Assembly: GCF_004010195.1 (NCBI RefSeq)
Contig: NC_057728.1
Location: 42,204,892 to 42,267,182, forward strand
Direction of reading: 5' to 3'
Length of the DNA: 62,291 nucleotides
Origin: Chiloscyllium plagiosum
Taxonomy: Eukaryota
Positions 26,200-38,766 of this stretch are shown here, in pieces. Each line of letters opens with the position of its first letter. The stretch's first letter is position 1. The notes below the pieces were generated by a model, which ran no database searches, was not told the origin of the DNA, and worked only from the letters and a program-made list of their open reading frames with translations. The position numbers and the translations under genes are program-made.

Positions 26200-28210
26200 T
26201 GGGGATAATTTGGGAAAGACAAGAGAAATTAATTCCAAGGAAGAAGGAATATACTAAAGGGAGGGCGAGGCAACCGTGGTTGACAAGGGAAATCAGGGAC
26301 AGCATTAAAGCAAAAGAAAAAGCCTAGAGTGTGGTGAAGATTTGTGGAAGGTCATTAGATTGGGAACCCTTTAAAAACCAGCAGGGGATAACTAAAGAAA
26401 CATTGTCAGGAGAAAATGAAATATGAGTGTAAGCTAGCCAATAATACAAAAGAAGATTGCAAGTTTTTTTTTGTTTATAAGAGTGGACATCGGACTCTTG
26501 GAAAATGGGGCTGGAGAAGTCACAACGGGGACCAAAGAAACGGTGGAGGAACTGAATAGATACTTTGTATCAGTCTTCACAGTGGAAGACGGCAGTAACA
26601 TCAAAAGAGTCGAGTGGCAGAAGTAAATGTAGTGACCATCACTAAAGAGAAGATACTGGGGAAGGTGAAAGGTCTGATGTTGGATAAATCACTGAGACCA
26701 GATGACTTACACTCCAGGATTGTGAAGGAGATAGCTGCGGAGATTGTGGAGGCATAGGTGGTGATCTTTCAGGAATTACTAGAGTTGGGGAGGATCCCAG
26801 AGGACTGAAGTGGCTAATGTAATATCCCTGTTCAAGAAGGTAGAGAGGCAGATGATAGGAAATTATAGGCCAGTTAGCCTGACCTTGGTTGTTGCTAAGA
26901 TTAATAAGACTATTCTTAAGGATGAGATTGCAGAGTACTTGGAAATGCAGGGTAAAATAGGACTAAGTCAGTTCAGTCTGGCTTCATCAAGGGAAGTCAT
27001 GCCTGACAAATCTGTTAGAATTCTTTGACAAGGTAGTGAGCAAGTTAGACAAAGGAGAGCAGTGGAAGTGATTTATTTGGATATCCAGATGGCCTTTCAT
27101 ATGGTGCTGCACAGGAGGCTGCTAAATAAGCTAAGAGCCCATGGCATATGGGGCAAGACAGTGAATTGACTGACTGGCAGAGGGCAGGAAATGGGCATAA
27201 AAAGGATGGCAGTCACTGACTAGTGGAGTTCTGCTGGGGTCAGTGTTCTGATGCAAGACTTTTACTGTAACAATCAAACTAAAATCAATTTTGATTAAGC
27301 ATTTCTCAATAGGCAACTAATACATCAAACTAAAGGAAATATACTTTTGCAAGAACTAACGTAACCGACATATATATTACAAAAGTTTTTTGTGAACCAC
27401 TGCTAAGGTTATGCATTAACGATCAGGATGAAGGAACTGAAGGAATTGTTGCTAAATTTTCAGATGACACAAAGATAAGTGGAGGGGCAAGTAGTGTTGA
27501 AACGGGGAGACTGCAGAAGGCCTTGGACAGGTTGGGAGAGTGAGGGAAGAAGTGTCAGCTTGAATACGGTGTGGCAAAGTGTAAGATTATGCTATTTGGT
27601 GGGCAGAATAGAGGCATAGAGTATTTTCCTAAATAGGGATCTGAAGCATAAAGGATTTGGAAGTCCTTGTTCAAAATTCTGTTCAGATTAACATGCAGTT
27701 CAGTTGGCAGTTATGAATGCAAATGCAATGTTCATATTTATTTAAGAGGGCTAGAATGCAAGAGCAGTGATGTACTGCTGATGATGTATAAAGCTCTGGT
27801 CAGACCACATTTGCCATATTGTCAACAGTTTTGGGCCCCTTATCTAAAGAAGAATGTTCGAGTATTGGAGGGGATCTGGAGGAGGTTTAAAAGAATGTTC
27901 CCCGAGTTGAAGGGTTTGTCATGTGAGGACCCTGGATCTGTACTCGATGGACTTTGGAAGGATGACGGGGGATCTGATTGAAACTTACAGAATACAGAGA
28001 GGCCTGAATAGAGTGGACATGGAGAAAATGTTTCAACTAGAAGAAACTAGGGCCAAGGGCACAGCATTAGAATGAAGGGACAGCCCTTTAGAACTGAGCT
28101 GAGGAATTCTTTCAGACAGAGAGTGGTTAATCTGTGGAATTCACTGCTGCAGAGAGCTGAGCAGGAAAAGTCATTGTGTGTATTTAAGACAGAGATAGAT
28201 AGGTTCTTCC
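26200..28210 (+). mobile_element. CR1 LINE ORF2 fragment
   Basis: ANVISLFKK..GNYRPVSLT, YKALVRPHL.YCQQFWAP, RVVNLWNSL. Confidence 0.9.
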
Positions 28211-31200
28211 CTAAATTCTGTCTAAACCTCCTCCACTTTACTTTTAAGTCTATGCTCCATGATTATTGATACATCGAACAAGAGGAAAGGTCTCTTACTG
28301 TCTACCCTCTCTATGCTCTCAGAACTTTGTGAACTTCAATCAGGACGACCCTCAGTCTTCTTCCTTCTCCCTCTCTCGAGAAATCACATCCTTCTTATAG
28401 GGTGGTGACCAGAAGTTCTCACAGTACTTCAGCTGTGGCCTAACTAACACCTTATATGGCTCCATCATAATTTTCCTTGTCTTGTATTCAACATCTTGAC
28501 TAGTAAAGCCAATTATCGCAGATGCCTCTTAACCACGTTATCCACCTGTTCTGATGTCTTCAATGATCTGTGGACATGCACACCAAGGTCCTTCTGTTTC
28601 TCTTTACTTCCTAGAGTCCAACCATTCATCATGCACTCACTGAGGTTATTAGCCCTCCCTGAGGCATCACCTCTCACTTTTCAGGAATAAGTTAAAATTA
28701 CTATTAATCTGCTCATATGACCATCCCATCAATATCATTATGTAGATTAAGACTTCCCTCTTCACTATTTACCACATGAACTATTTGCATGTCAATTGCA
28801 AATTTACTGATCAACCTCCTACATTCATTCCAACTCATTAATATACATTGCAAACAGCAAGGCGCAGAGTACCAAACCCTGTGGTCTATAACTGGATATA
28901 TGCTTCCAGTCATACAAAGAATGTTCGATCATCACCTTGTGCCTCCTGACAAATACTAATTTTGGCTCCAAATTGCTCTGAATCCCATGGGCTCTTACCT
29001 TTTTTTGACTGGCTTTTTATCAAAAGCCTTACTGAAGTCCACATACACTACATCCACTGCACTACCCACATCCACAGATCTTGATACCTCTTGGGAAAAC
29101 TCAAATGAAATGTGTCAGATGTAATCTCCCATTGAAAAAAAAACATACTTGTCCATGATTAATCCTGGCTTCTCCAAACGGTAGAAGAAATTGACGACTG
29201 CAGATGCTGGACAGTTAGAGTTAAAATGTGTGACACTGGAGAAGCACAACAGGTCAGGGGCGCATCCAAAGAGCGGGAGAGTCGATGTTTCGGGCATAAG
29301 CCCTTCAAGTCTGGCCCTCAGACATTTCTTTTCCAATAGTTTTCCTACCACTGATGTTAGACTCACTGGCCTATAGTTCCTTGGTTTGCCTTAATACTTG
29401 TCCTGAATAATGGCATCAGATTAGCTGTCCTTCATTCTTCTAGCATTTCCCCTATATCCAGAGAAAATTCAAAACTCTCCTCCCTTGCTTCCGGCAGTAG
29501 CTTGGGATGCATCTCATCAAGTGCTTGGAACATATCCAATTTTAAGCCTTCTCTCTCTATTGTAATTTGTTCAAGTATATCACAGTCTTTTTCTTTGATT
29601 TCTACACCTACATTGTTCCTCTCTGTCGTGAATTTAGATGTAAGTACTCATTTAAAACCTTACCTTTAGATTAGATTAGATTAGATTACCTACAGTATGG
29701 AAACAGGCCCTTTGGCCCAACAAGTCCACACCGACCCTCCAAAGAGTAACCCACCCAGACCCGTTCCCCTACATTGACCCCTGACTAATGCACCTAACAC
29801 TACGGACAATTTAGCATGTTGTCTTGGCTCCACCTACAGTTTCCCCATTAGTACCCCAGTGGACTCAATTCTTTCTCTGATTATCCTCTTGCCCTCAATA
29901 TATTCAAGAAATGCTTTTGGATTTTCCTTTCTATTATCTTACCATGTTTTTCAAACACCGTCTTTGCTTTCCTAATTCCTTTTTCAGTAACCTTCTGCAG
30001 TTTCTAACAGCTCCAAGGCTTCTTGTTTCCTAAGCCCTTGGTATCTAATGCAAGCTTCCTTTTTTTCCCCTAATCTAACCCATGTTTCCCGATATTCAGA
30101 ATTCTGTGGTATTTTTAGTCCGGCTTTTCATCTTTACAAGGACATGTCGGTCCCGCACTTTCACTGTTCCATTTTTGAAAGTCTCCCTCTTCTCTGATAT
30201 AGATTTTACGAGAGGAAGCTACACCTAATCCACTTTGGCCATATCCTATCTTATATTAAATTGGCCTTATTCCAAATAAATGCCTTTATTTCTTGACCAT
30301 CTTTATTCTTTTACATGACAATCTTAAATCATACTGAAACATAGTCATTATCACTGAAATTCTCTCATTGACTTTCTAGCACTCGCTGGCCTTGCTTCAT
30401 AGAATCATTTGCAGCAGCAATCTGTCTCCTATAAGACATTCTATATAATGAATATACTTTAAGAATTTTGTCCTCTCAAAGCCTTTCACACTTTGTTCAT
30501 CTCTCTTAGTATTAGGAAAGTTAAATTTCTCTTATTATTTCACTATTATTTGTACACTTCCCTGAAAGTTATCTACATACCTGTACTCCTACCTCCCCTG
30601 AGTGTTTAGGATCTTTGATGCACTCCCAACAATGACTGTCCCCTTTTTGCTTTTAAGTTCCACCCATATGATCTCAATTGAGAAGCTCTCTGATATGATC
30701 CCTCATTGTTGCAGTAATTGACTTTTAATCAATGTTGTGTCACCATCTCCTCTGTTACACTCTCCCTGTCTCTCCTGAAGATTTTATACTCTAGAATATA
30801 GAGCTGTCAGTCCTGCCCTGTCCCCATGACAACATTGATGTCATATTCTCATGTGTTAAGCAGAACTCGCAACTCATTTGTCTTACAAGGTTCCTTTTAC
30901 AAAAATAGATGCCATACAACTCTGCAAAGCATTCTGTGTCATAACTTGATATGCTCTGCCTGTCAGACTGACTTGGCTTCGCTTCTAAATTGGTCTGCTC
31001 TTCACTCACTATTACACCTCTACTCTTTATTTCATTTCTCTGCCTAGTTAGTTTGAAACCCCACCCCAACCAACACAACTAGCAAACCCCAGCCCTCTTA
31101 CTGTCCCCACTTGCCTGCAACAATGATGCTGATTTAACCACTCTATCTACCTATTGCTATACACTCTAGTTCATGGCACTAGGGGTAATCCAGAGATTAC

Positions 31201-31745
31201 AACCTTTTAAGATCCTGCTTTTCAATTTGCAACCTGGTTCCCTAATTTCTTTTGTTGCAGGGCCTCATTCCTCTTTCTAACTATGTGATTGTTGGTCCCA
31301 ATGGGATACACAACCTCTGACTCTTTGTCAGCCCCCAATAGAATGCCCTTACAGCAGCTCAGGGACATCCTTGATTCTGGTCCCAGGAGGTGACACGTCA
31401 TCCTTGAGTCATATCTGCAGTTGCAGAAACTACTGACTGTACACTCAGGATTCCCTAACTACCTCCTGCTTCCCTTCTTCTGATTGATGTTCACTCATTT
31501 CTTTCCAGATCGCAGTTCCTTAAGCTGCAGAGTGGTCACATTTCCAAACCTGCTATCCACAAATCATTTGACCGTGTACATGCATTTCAGTGCCTCCAGC
31601 CAACACAAGCTCCAAAACCTGATGCTCAAGCTGCTCAAAATGGTGACACTTGTGGTCATCAGATTGCCAGAAGGATCTAGGATATCCCACATACAGGCTG
31701 TGCAATACGTGGGGCTGAGCTGCCAACCTAATACTGGAATTCATT
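28210..31745 (-). mobile_element. Decayed near full-length CR1 with nested short elements (29185-29310 family A PLE; 29665-29817 HE1-like tail)
   Basis: Minus-strand SLTSVVGKLLE, ISKFAIDMQI and VDVVYVDFSKAFDK remnants; ORF1-like end near 31700. Confidence 0.8.
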
Positions 31746-31939
31746 CACTGTCACCCGCTGAACAGTAAGATAGAATTTGTTTTCCAGATGTTCTATTGGA
31801 ATATTGTCCTATGGACTCTCTGTAGCAACAATGCATTTAAGCCATCAGCAAAACCCACTTTGATGGTCAAGCTTTTGTTTTAAAGTATTCAGTGTTTTTT
31901 TTTGTGATAGCTGATTGACAAATGGATCAGCCAGTTTTG

Positions 31940-32140
31940 CCCTGAGCAATACACACAAGGCAGATCTTCAGTCCAATTCTGGTCTGTACTGAATTATCTG
32001 ATTTCACTCGGGGAAACCTGTTTTCCTGGATGAGGGAAGGGATTATAAAATAAAATCAACTTGTGCTCTCAGTCCCCCAGAGTTTGGAGGTGTGAGCTCA
32101 GCTGTAATGTTACTCACAGCCATAGTGGTATAGCTGTTCA
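31940..32140 (+). mobile_element. Possible Deu-SINE remnant
   Basis: GGTCTGTACTGAATTATCTGATTTCACTCGGGG resembles the recalled Deu-SINE consensus start. Confidence 0.4.
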
Positions 32141-32164
32141 GTTACTGAACCAATTTGTGTTCTG

Positions 32165-33285
32165 AAGGGAGTATGAGCTGGACAACATTCAGGCTTGGGC
32201 TGACAAGTAGCAAGTAATGACTAATTCCAAAAAAGGGAATTTAACCATATCCGCCAACATCCAATGGTCTTACCATAACTGAATTCACTCTCTATCCCAT
32301 CGTCATCCAGTGGATTGCCATTGTCTGGAAACTGAACTGGAACAGCCATCTAAATACTATGGTTAGAACAGCAAGTGATAGGTGAGGATTTTGCAGCAAA
32401 CAAAGCATCTCCTGACTCCTCAAAGTCTGTTCTCTAACTAAAAGGCACAAATCAGGAGTGTGATGCAATACTCTCTACTCGTCTGGATGACCATAAGAAA
32501 TAGGAGTGGAAATAAGGCCATTTGGCCTATCGAGTCCACTCCACCATTCAATCATGGCAGATGGGCATTTCAACACCACTTACTCGCACTCTCCCCGTAT
32601 CTCTTAACTCCTTGCGAGATTAAAAATTTAGCAATCTCTGCCTTGAAGACATTTAACGTCCCGGCCTCCATTCACTCCTTGGATAAATTCTTCTCCAACA
32701 ACACTCCAGGATGTTGACACCATCCAAGTCAGAACAGCATTCTTGATTAAGACCTCATCCACTAACTTAAAGATTGACTTCATTCACTACTAGGCGAAAG
32801 TGAGGACTGCAGATGTTGGCGATCAGAGTCTAGATTAGAGTGGTGTTGGAAAAGCACAGCAGGTCAGGCAGCATCTGAGGAGCAGGAAAATCGATGTTTT
32901 GGACAAAAGCCCTTATTCCTGACTAGAGCACCAATCTAAACTAGACTTCATTCACTACTACCATACAGTGGCAACGCGCTGCAGCAAGTCACCAAGGATC
33001 CTTTGACAGCATTCTTAAAAGCTGCAACCCATACTATCTAGAAGAACATGAGCACCAGGCACGTGGGAGGAGAATCATGTGCTCGTTTGCCTCCAGACTA
33101 TCCTGTCGTGAAACTATAGCACTGTACGGTCTTTGGATCAAAATCCTGGACCTTCCTTTCTAGTAGTACTGTGGGTGCCAGATGGACAACAGCCATCCAA
33201 GAAGCCTTCTTACTGCAGCTCTTCAAGGCCAATTAGGAATAAAACCAAATATTAGCTTTCGCCATGACTTGCAGATTCCACGAAA
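32165..33285 (+). mobile_element. 3' fragment of a second CR1-group LINE with nested inserts
   Basis: Similar to 57080-57750 and 35520-35790 (tail ...GGCAATTAGG...). Confidence 0.65.
32793..32943. mobile_element. Short PLE derivative (family A)
   Basis: 17-bp TSD GACTTCATTCACTACTA at 32776-32792 and 32944-32960. Confidence 0.85.
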
Positions 33286-36200
33286 AAATAAATATAAAAC
33301 ATTTGCTGAGGATCATTGTTCAGAATCACCCATGCAGATTATCTATTTGAATGAGATATTGTTGACATATATGTGACTGTACAGCAGCATGCTTTCAGTA
33401 TCGGGCTGAAACAAACAAAGTTGGAGAGAGAAGGAACATTTAAAACAGGATCATAAAAGACAATGCCTTAAATACAATCATCAGACGAGCATCTTGTTTA
33501 AATATACTTCAAAAATGTAGAAATATGAAATGATATTGATAAGTTGTGACAGGCATCTGCACTATACCTTTTAGTACTTAAAACAGAAATTGCCATATCC
33601 CTGCTTTTGATTATCAAGTTTACTTATAATTGTTTAAGTTTTTCAGTGATACAGATTTTGGACATTTTGTTTAAAAGAAATACAGGATTAAGGCGATACT
33701 ATTAATGTGACATGAAGGACCTCTGCAAAGTATTTAAGTATTTAAAAAAAACACATCTGGTTGCTGCTCTCCATCTTAAAAAATGTTATACTTTAAGCAA
33801 AGTAATTTATGTTTTGGCAGGCATGAGTGCCTCTTTTTATGTATAAGGATAAATGTTGATGAAGTGCATGAAATGAAGAGAGGAGTAGCTAGAGATGTTG
33901 AGAGGCTGCATGCAGTATTCTGCTTTATTGTTTGGGCTAGCTTTTCAGAGTTTTAATGAAGTTTCTTCTTTCAGCTCCTCCATCTGTTGTTTTCAGTGTC
34001 ATGAAGACAAAACTGTTCATCTATTCATTCGACGGAAAGAGTGTGTTTACAAGCACTCTCGGAGAAGCTTGACTGAATTTGGAGTGGTTTCAATCAACAG
34101 GTAAAGGTCATTTCCTGCGGAGCTCATTGAAATTAAACTGGCCTAATTTGTCCAAAGCAACAATTTTAAAAAAAAAGTGTTTTTCTTTTTTTCCCCCAGA
34201 ACAAAAAAGGCACAGGATGTTGTCAGACCTTCCTAGTCAGTGACTAATCTTTGTTCGATGTTGAGGCAGTTCTACTATCAAGAACTGCCACATAGCAGGT
34301 GACTAAAGCCACCTGCCCTCGCCTCCATCTACTGTATAAACAAGTAAGAAGATCTGAGAGGAGGATTTCACAAAGATCAAAGCTAGGGATAATCCATCTG
34401 GAATTTCACAAAGCTGGCAAAGATTTATAAAACTCTGCTGGAATTTTAAAAGGAATTTTAGGTCTCTTCTCATCCAACTGAGATAGGTTCTAGTGGAGCT
34501 TTTTACTCACAGTTGGTACTTTTATTGAGTGTGAGCTTATTGTTCAAACACATTAACATAAGGCCAGTAACTAAAGGGAACGCTCTCCAGTTTAATTTCC
34601 CTCTTTTGAGTGACATTCCTCTGCAACCAATGAAACAAAAAAAACATGCCTTCCTCATTTTTGTAGCTATTTTTCAATTTCTTTCCTCCTTAAAAAAAAG
34701 GCCCTTTCACTAATGCTATATTTAAATGAAACCACACAGGTTTCACAATAAAATTGCAGCATTAAGGGGCTGTTCATGTGCTATTGTGAAAATATGGGAT
34801 TGATGATTACACTTAATGTATAAGGTACTATTTGTCTATAATTAGCATTAATTCGTCACATTCAAGCCTACCTGACACCCCAAAGTGGTCTATAGCAAAA
34901 TCTACAAGCATCTGAAAACATGCTGTAGCAATTGTTTCTTTTCAGAGTTGCACCAAATGAAGCATTTAATTTCTGGACTGTATGTCAGCATAAAGGTCTG
35001 TATTGTATTGGACATCATTAAATATTATCGTGAGGAATTGCTATATGCTAGAGGGATATAAATCTAGAGAAGAAAAGGAGGTGGCTACAAGGCACAAAAA
35101 ACAATTTTAATGACGCCTTTCTACCGTATGGAAAGGTATTCTCACAAACTTGGTTCTCATGCATACCACAGCCCTCTCTCCCAGAGCTGCAGTTAGATTA
35201 CAAGAAGCCTTTGTAGCACAAATGCAGTGGTTTATTAAGACAAACACATGGCAATTTGATCAAGTAAATACTTCCGTTTCATACACCGTAGGAGGGAAGT
35301 GATCTCAGCAGGGGTTATGCTGAATGCTGAGCTGCTGTCTGAAATGAGTATTCCCACATTTCCTGAAATTCCTACCTCAAAAAAACTTTCAAACCTACAG
35401 GCATGCTGTTGGGGGTGCAGGGAGTAATGTGGAAACAGCCAAAAAAAAATAGTGGCAGCAACATTCAGATATACTAGAATGGAGACAGCTCAGATAGGCA
35501 ATGTATAGTTCCTCTATGTGACTGGGGAGATGAAAGTGAGACCTTTGACAACCTTGGAGGGCAAGTTCCTCTCCAAGCCACTTATCATCCTGACTTGGAA
35601 ATACGTTGCTGCTCCTTCACTGTTCCTGGGTCAAAATCCTGGAACTCTTTCCCCCATGTGGGTCCACCTACAGCAAATAGACTGCAATGGATTAAGAAGA
35701 CAGCTCACTGCTATCTTCTGAAGGGCAATTTAGGGATAGGCAATATGTACTGGTCCAGTCAGTGAAGCCCACATCCTATGAGTGAACAAAAAAAATATGG
35801 AAATAGCTAAACATCAGACAGTCCTAAAACAAGAGGAAGGCTGACACTGGCCAGTAAAGTGCCTGATTTGATTTGTTACAAATTGCACTCACACGACTTC
35901 TCCTACCCCATCACCGACTTCACCTGCTCATGAAGAGGCAGCAAAGAATAGACCACATTAATTACATTAAGTTCCACCCATGATCTCAATACTTTGATAT
36001 TTTGACATATTTCATACAGGAAAAAGCATAAACATTCAAATCAATATGCAAAATATGTGGGGAAAAACATGGTTGTAGGATAAAACAAGTAAAGGATCAG
36101 TATTAAGAATCAAAAGAAAATGCTGCATAGAAGGTTATAGGAAAGACATTCAACTCACTTGTGTTCTTAAATCTGTACTGAGCCACTCTGGTATAGGTCA

Positions 36201-36653
36201 TAATCTCTCCTATCCTTCATTTTTCTTGCCGTATGTTGCAGAAGAAATTGAATGAGTTGGAAAGGTGGCTGTGTGTACTGCAATCCTAACTTTTAATTAA
36301 ATGGGTTCTCTAGGGCTGATGGAGTTTAGTGCATGTAAGCATAGTTACCTTCTGATCTTCCAATGATCCAAAAATGTAAATCCTTCTCCCATACACCAGC
36401 TCCTCAGCCATGCATTCATCTGCTCTATCCTCCTACTCCTGCCCTCACTAGCTTGTAGCACCGGGAGTAATCCAGATATTACTACTCTCAAGGACCTCCT
36501 TTTTAAATTTCTGCCTAACTCTTTGTAATCTCCCTTCATAATCTTAACCATTTCCCTTCCTATGTCATTGTAAACATTGGAACCAATGACCTACTGCTGT
36601 CCCCTTTCCCCCTTGAGAACATTCTGCACCCTCTCTGAGACATCCTTCATTCC

Positions 36654-36876
36654 GGATGTAGGTTTGCTCGCTGAGCTGGAAAGTTCATTTTCAGACATTT
36701 CATCACCATACTAGGTAACATCTGCAGTGAGCCTTCGGATGAAGCTACGTCTGGAGGTTCACTGAAGATGTTACCTAGTATGGTGACAAAACATCTGAAA
36801 ATGAACCTTTCAGCTCAGCGAGCAAACCTACATCCAGAACCTCAACCTGAGCTACAAATGTTCTCAAAATTTGCTA
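36654..36876. mobile_element. Fold-back PLE derivative (family B) with 77-bp inverted arms
   Basis: 36654-36730 is the near reverse complement of 36759-36835; each arm carries a hammerhead-like motif. Confidence 0.85.
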
Positions 36877-37775
36877 ACATCATTGATTCTGGCACCAGGG
36901 AAGCAACACACCATTCTGATTTTTTGCTGCTGCCCACAGAAACATCTGTCTGTATCTCAGCCTAGAGAGTCCCCTAACACAATTTATCTCTTGGAACTCA
37001 ACGTACCTCTCATTACATTAGAGCCAGTCTCAATACCAAAAGCTTGGCTATTCATGATATGTTTCCCTGAGAATCCATCACCCCCTACATTTTCCAAACC
37101 AGCATACTTGTTTGAAATGGGGATAGTCACAGAAAGCTTCTGTACTACTTGCCTACCTCTCTTATCTTGCCTGGAGTAAACCCTTCTATGAGACTGTATC
37201 TGAGACTCCCCCCCCCCCCCCCTCCTATAACTGCCATCCATCACATCCCCTTGCTCTTGTAAGTGCCTCATTGCCTCTAACTGTCTCTCCAACCGATCAA
37301 TTCGATCTGATAGGATTCACAAACAATGGCATTTATTGCAGATATAATCCTCAGTAACCGGTAAACTCTCCCTAAACTCCCACATCCGACAAGAAGAGCA
37401 TATCACTCTACTAAAGGCCATTTTTGCTTCTTTCAATCTACAGACCCAGAAAATAGCACTGTCTTATTCCTCTACAAAACACATCTTCAGGTTAAATGAA
37501 TACTTATGGCTTATACTTTAAGTTTAATCAAGAGACATAATTCGATAAAACATATAATCAAGAAAGAACTCACTCTACTCACTACTGCAGAGTTACTGTA
37601 AGGCCACGCTTAAAATATCCACTTATCTGTTTCTGTGCTGTGACCTCTCCCAAACAGGTTCCTCCTAGATCAGTTATGAATTTCACTATTTGTTAGTTTT
37701 CCCAGATGCGCTCCAATGTCCAGTGATACATGAATTCAAACAGCAAAAGCAGTAACTGTGTAGGGTCACTGCTCT

Positions 37776-37921
37776 TCATCAGGAAGGGCTGATGAAGGGC
37801 TCCGGCCTGAAATGTTGATTATCCTTCTCCTCAGATGCTATCTGACCTGCTGTGCTTTTCCAGCAACACACTCTCGACTCTAATCTCCAGTAGATCTCTG
37901 ATCTACAGACCCACTTTTTCC
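37776..37921 (+). mobile_element. Short PLE derivative (family A)
   Basis: CTGATGAAGGGCTCCGGCCTGAAATGTT at 37789; flanked by duplicated TCACTGCTCT. Confidence 0.75.
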
Positions 37922-37995
37922 TAGGTTCACTGCTCTGTCAGTTAGCGATGTGGGTTTCTCTCTCTCTCTCTCTCCCCTGCACTGACCTCACTATG

Positions 37996-38766
37996 TGAGA
38001 TGCTGCATTTTGGGAAAGCAAATCTTAGCAGGACTTATACACTTAAAGGTAAGGTCCTAGGGAGTGTATGTTCATAGTTCCTTGAAAGTGAAGTTACAGG
38101 TAGATATGACAATGAAGAAGGCTTTTGGTATGTTTCCATTATTGGTCAGACTATTGAGTACAGGAGTTGGGAGGTCATGTTACAGCTGTACAGAACATTG
38201 GTTGGAATATTGTATGCAATTCTGGTCTCCCTCCTATCGGAAAGATGTTATGAAACTTGGAAGGATTCAGAAAAGATTTACAAGGATGTTGCCAGGGTTG
38301 GGGGACTTGAGCTACAGGGAGAAGTTGAATAGGCTAGGGCTGTTTTCCCTGATGCGTCGGAGGCTGAGGGGTGACCTTATAGAGGTTTACAAAATCATGA
38401 GGGGCATGGATAGGATAAATAGATAAGGTCTTTTCCCTGGGGTGGGGGAGTCCAGAACTAGAGGGCATAGGTTTAGGGTGAGAGGAGTAAGATATAAAAG
38501 AGACCTAAGGGGCAACTTTTTCACGCAGAGGGTGGTACGTATATGGAATGAGCTGCCAGAGGGTGGTACGCATATGGAATGAGCGGTGGAGGCTAATACA
38601 ATTGCACCATTTAAAAGGCATATGGATGGATATATGAATAAGAAGAGTTTGGAAGGATATGGGCCGGGTGCTGGCAGGAGAGACTAGATTGGGTTGGGAT
38701 ATTTGGTCGGCATGGACGAGTTGGACCAAAGGGTCTGTTTTCGTGCTGTACATCTCTATGACTCTA
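37996..38766 (+). mobile_element. CR1 3' end
   Basis: ORF 38064-38426 (LEYCMQFWSPSYRKD...RRLRGDLIEVYKIM); tail TCTCTATGACTCTATG. Confidence 0.93.

Larger units (their letters stand above)
36360..37995 (-). mobile_element. CR1 5' UTR and ORF1 (SGNH esterase-like)
   Basis: ORF 36345-36551 VVISGLLPV...EQMNAWLRSWC...FTFLDHW; ORF 36984-37292 TIPISNKYAGL. Confidence 0.85.

Noticed and set aside
38526..38584. 31-bp tandem duplication CAGAGGGTGGTACG.ATATGGAATGAGC
   Set aside because: Simple local slippage within a CR1 3' region; not CRISPR-like (no spacers, eukaryotic context).
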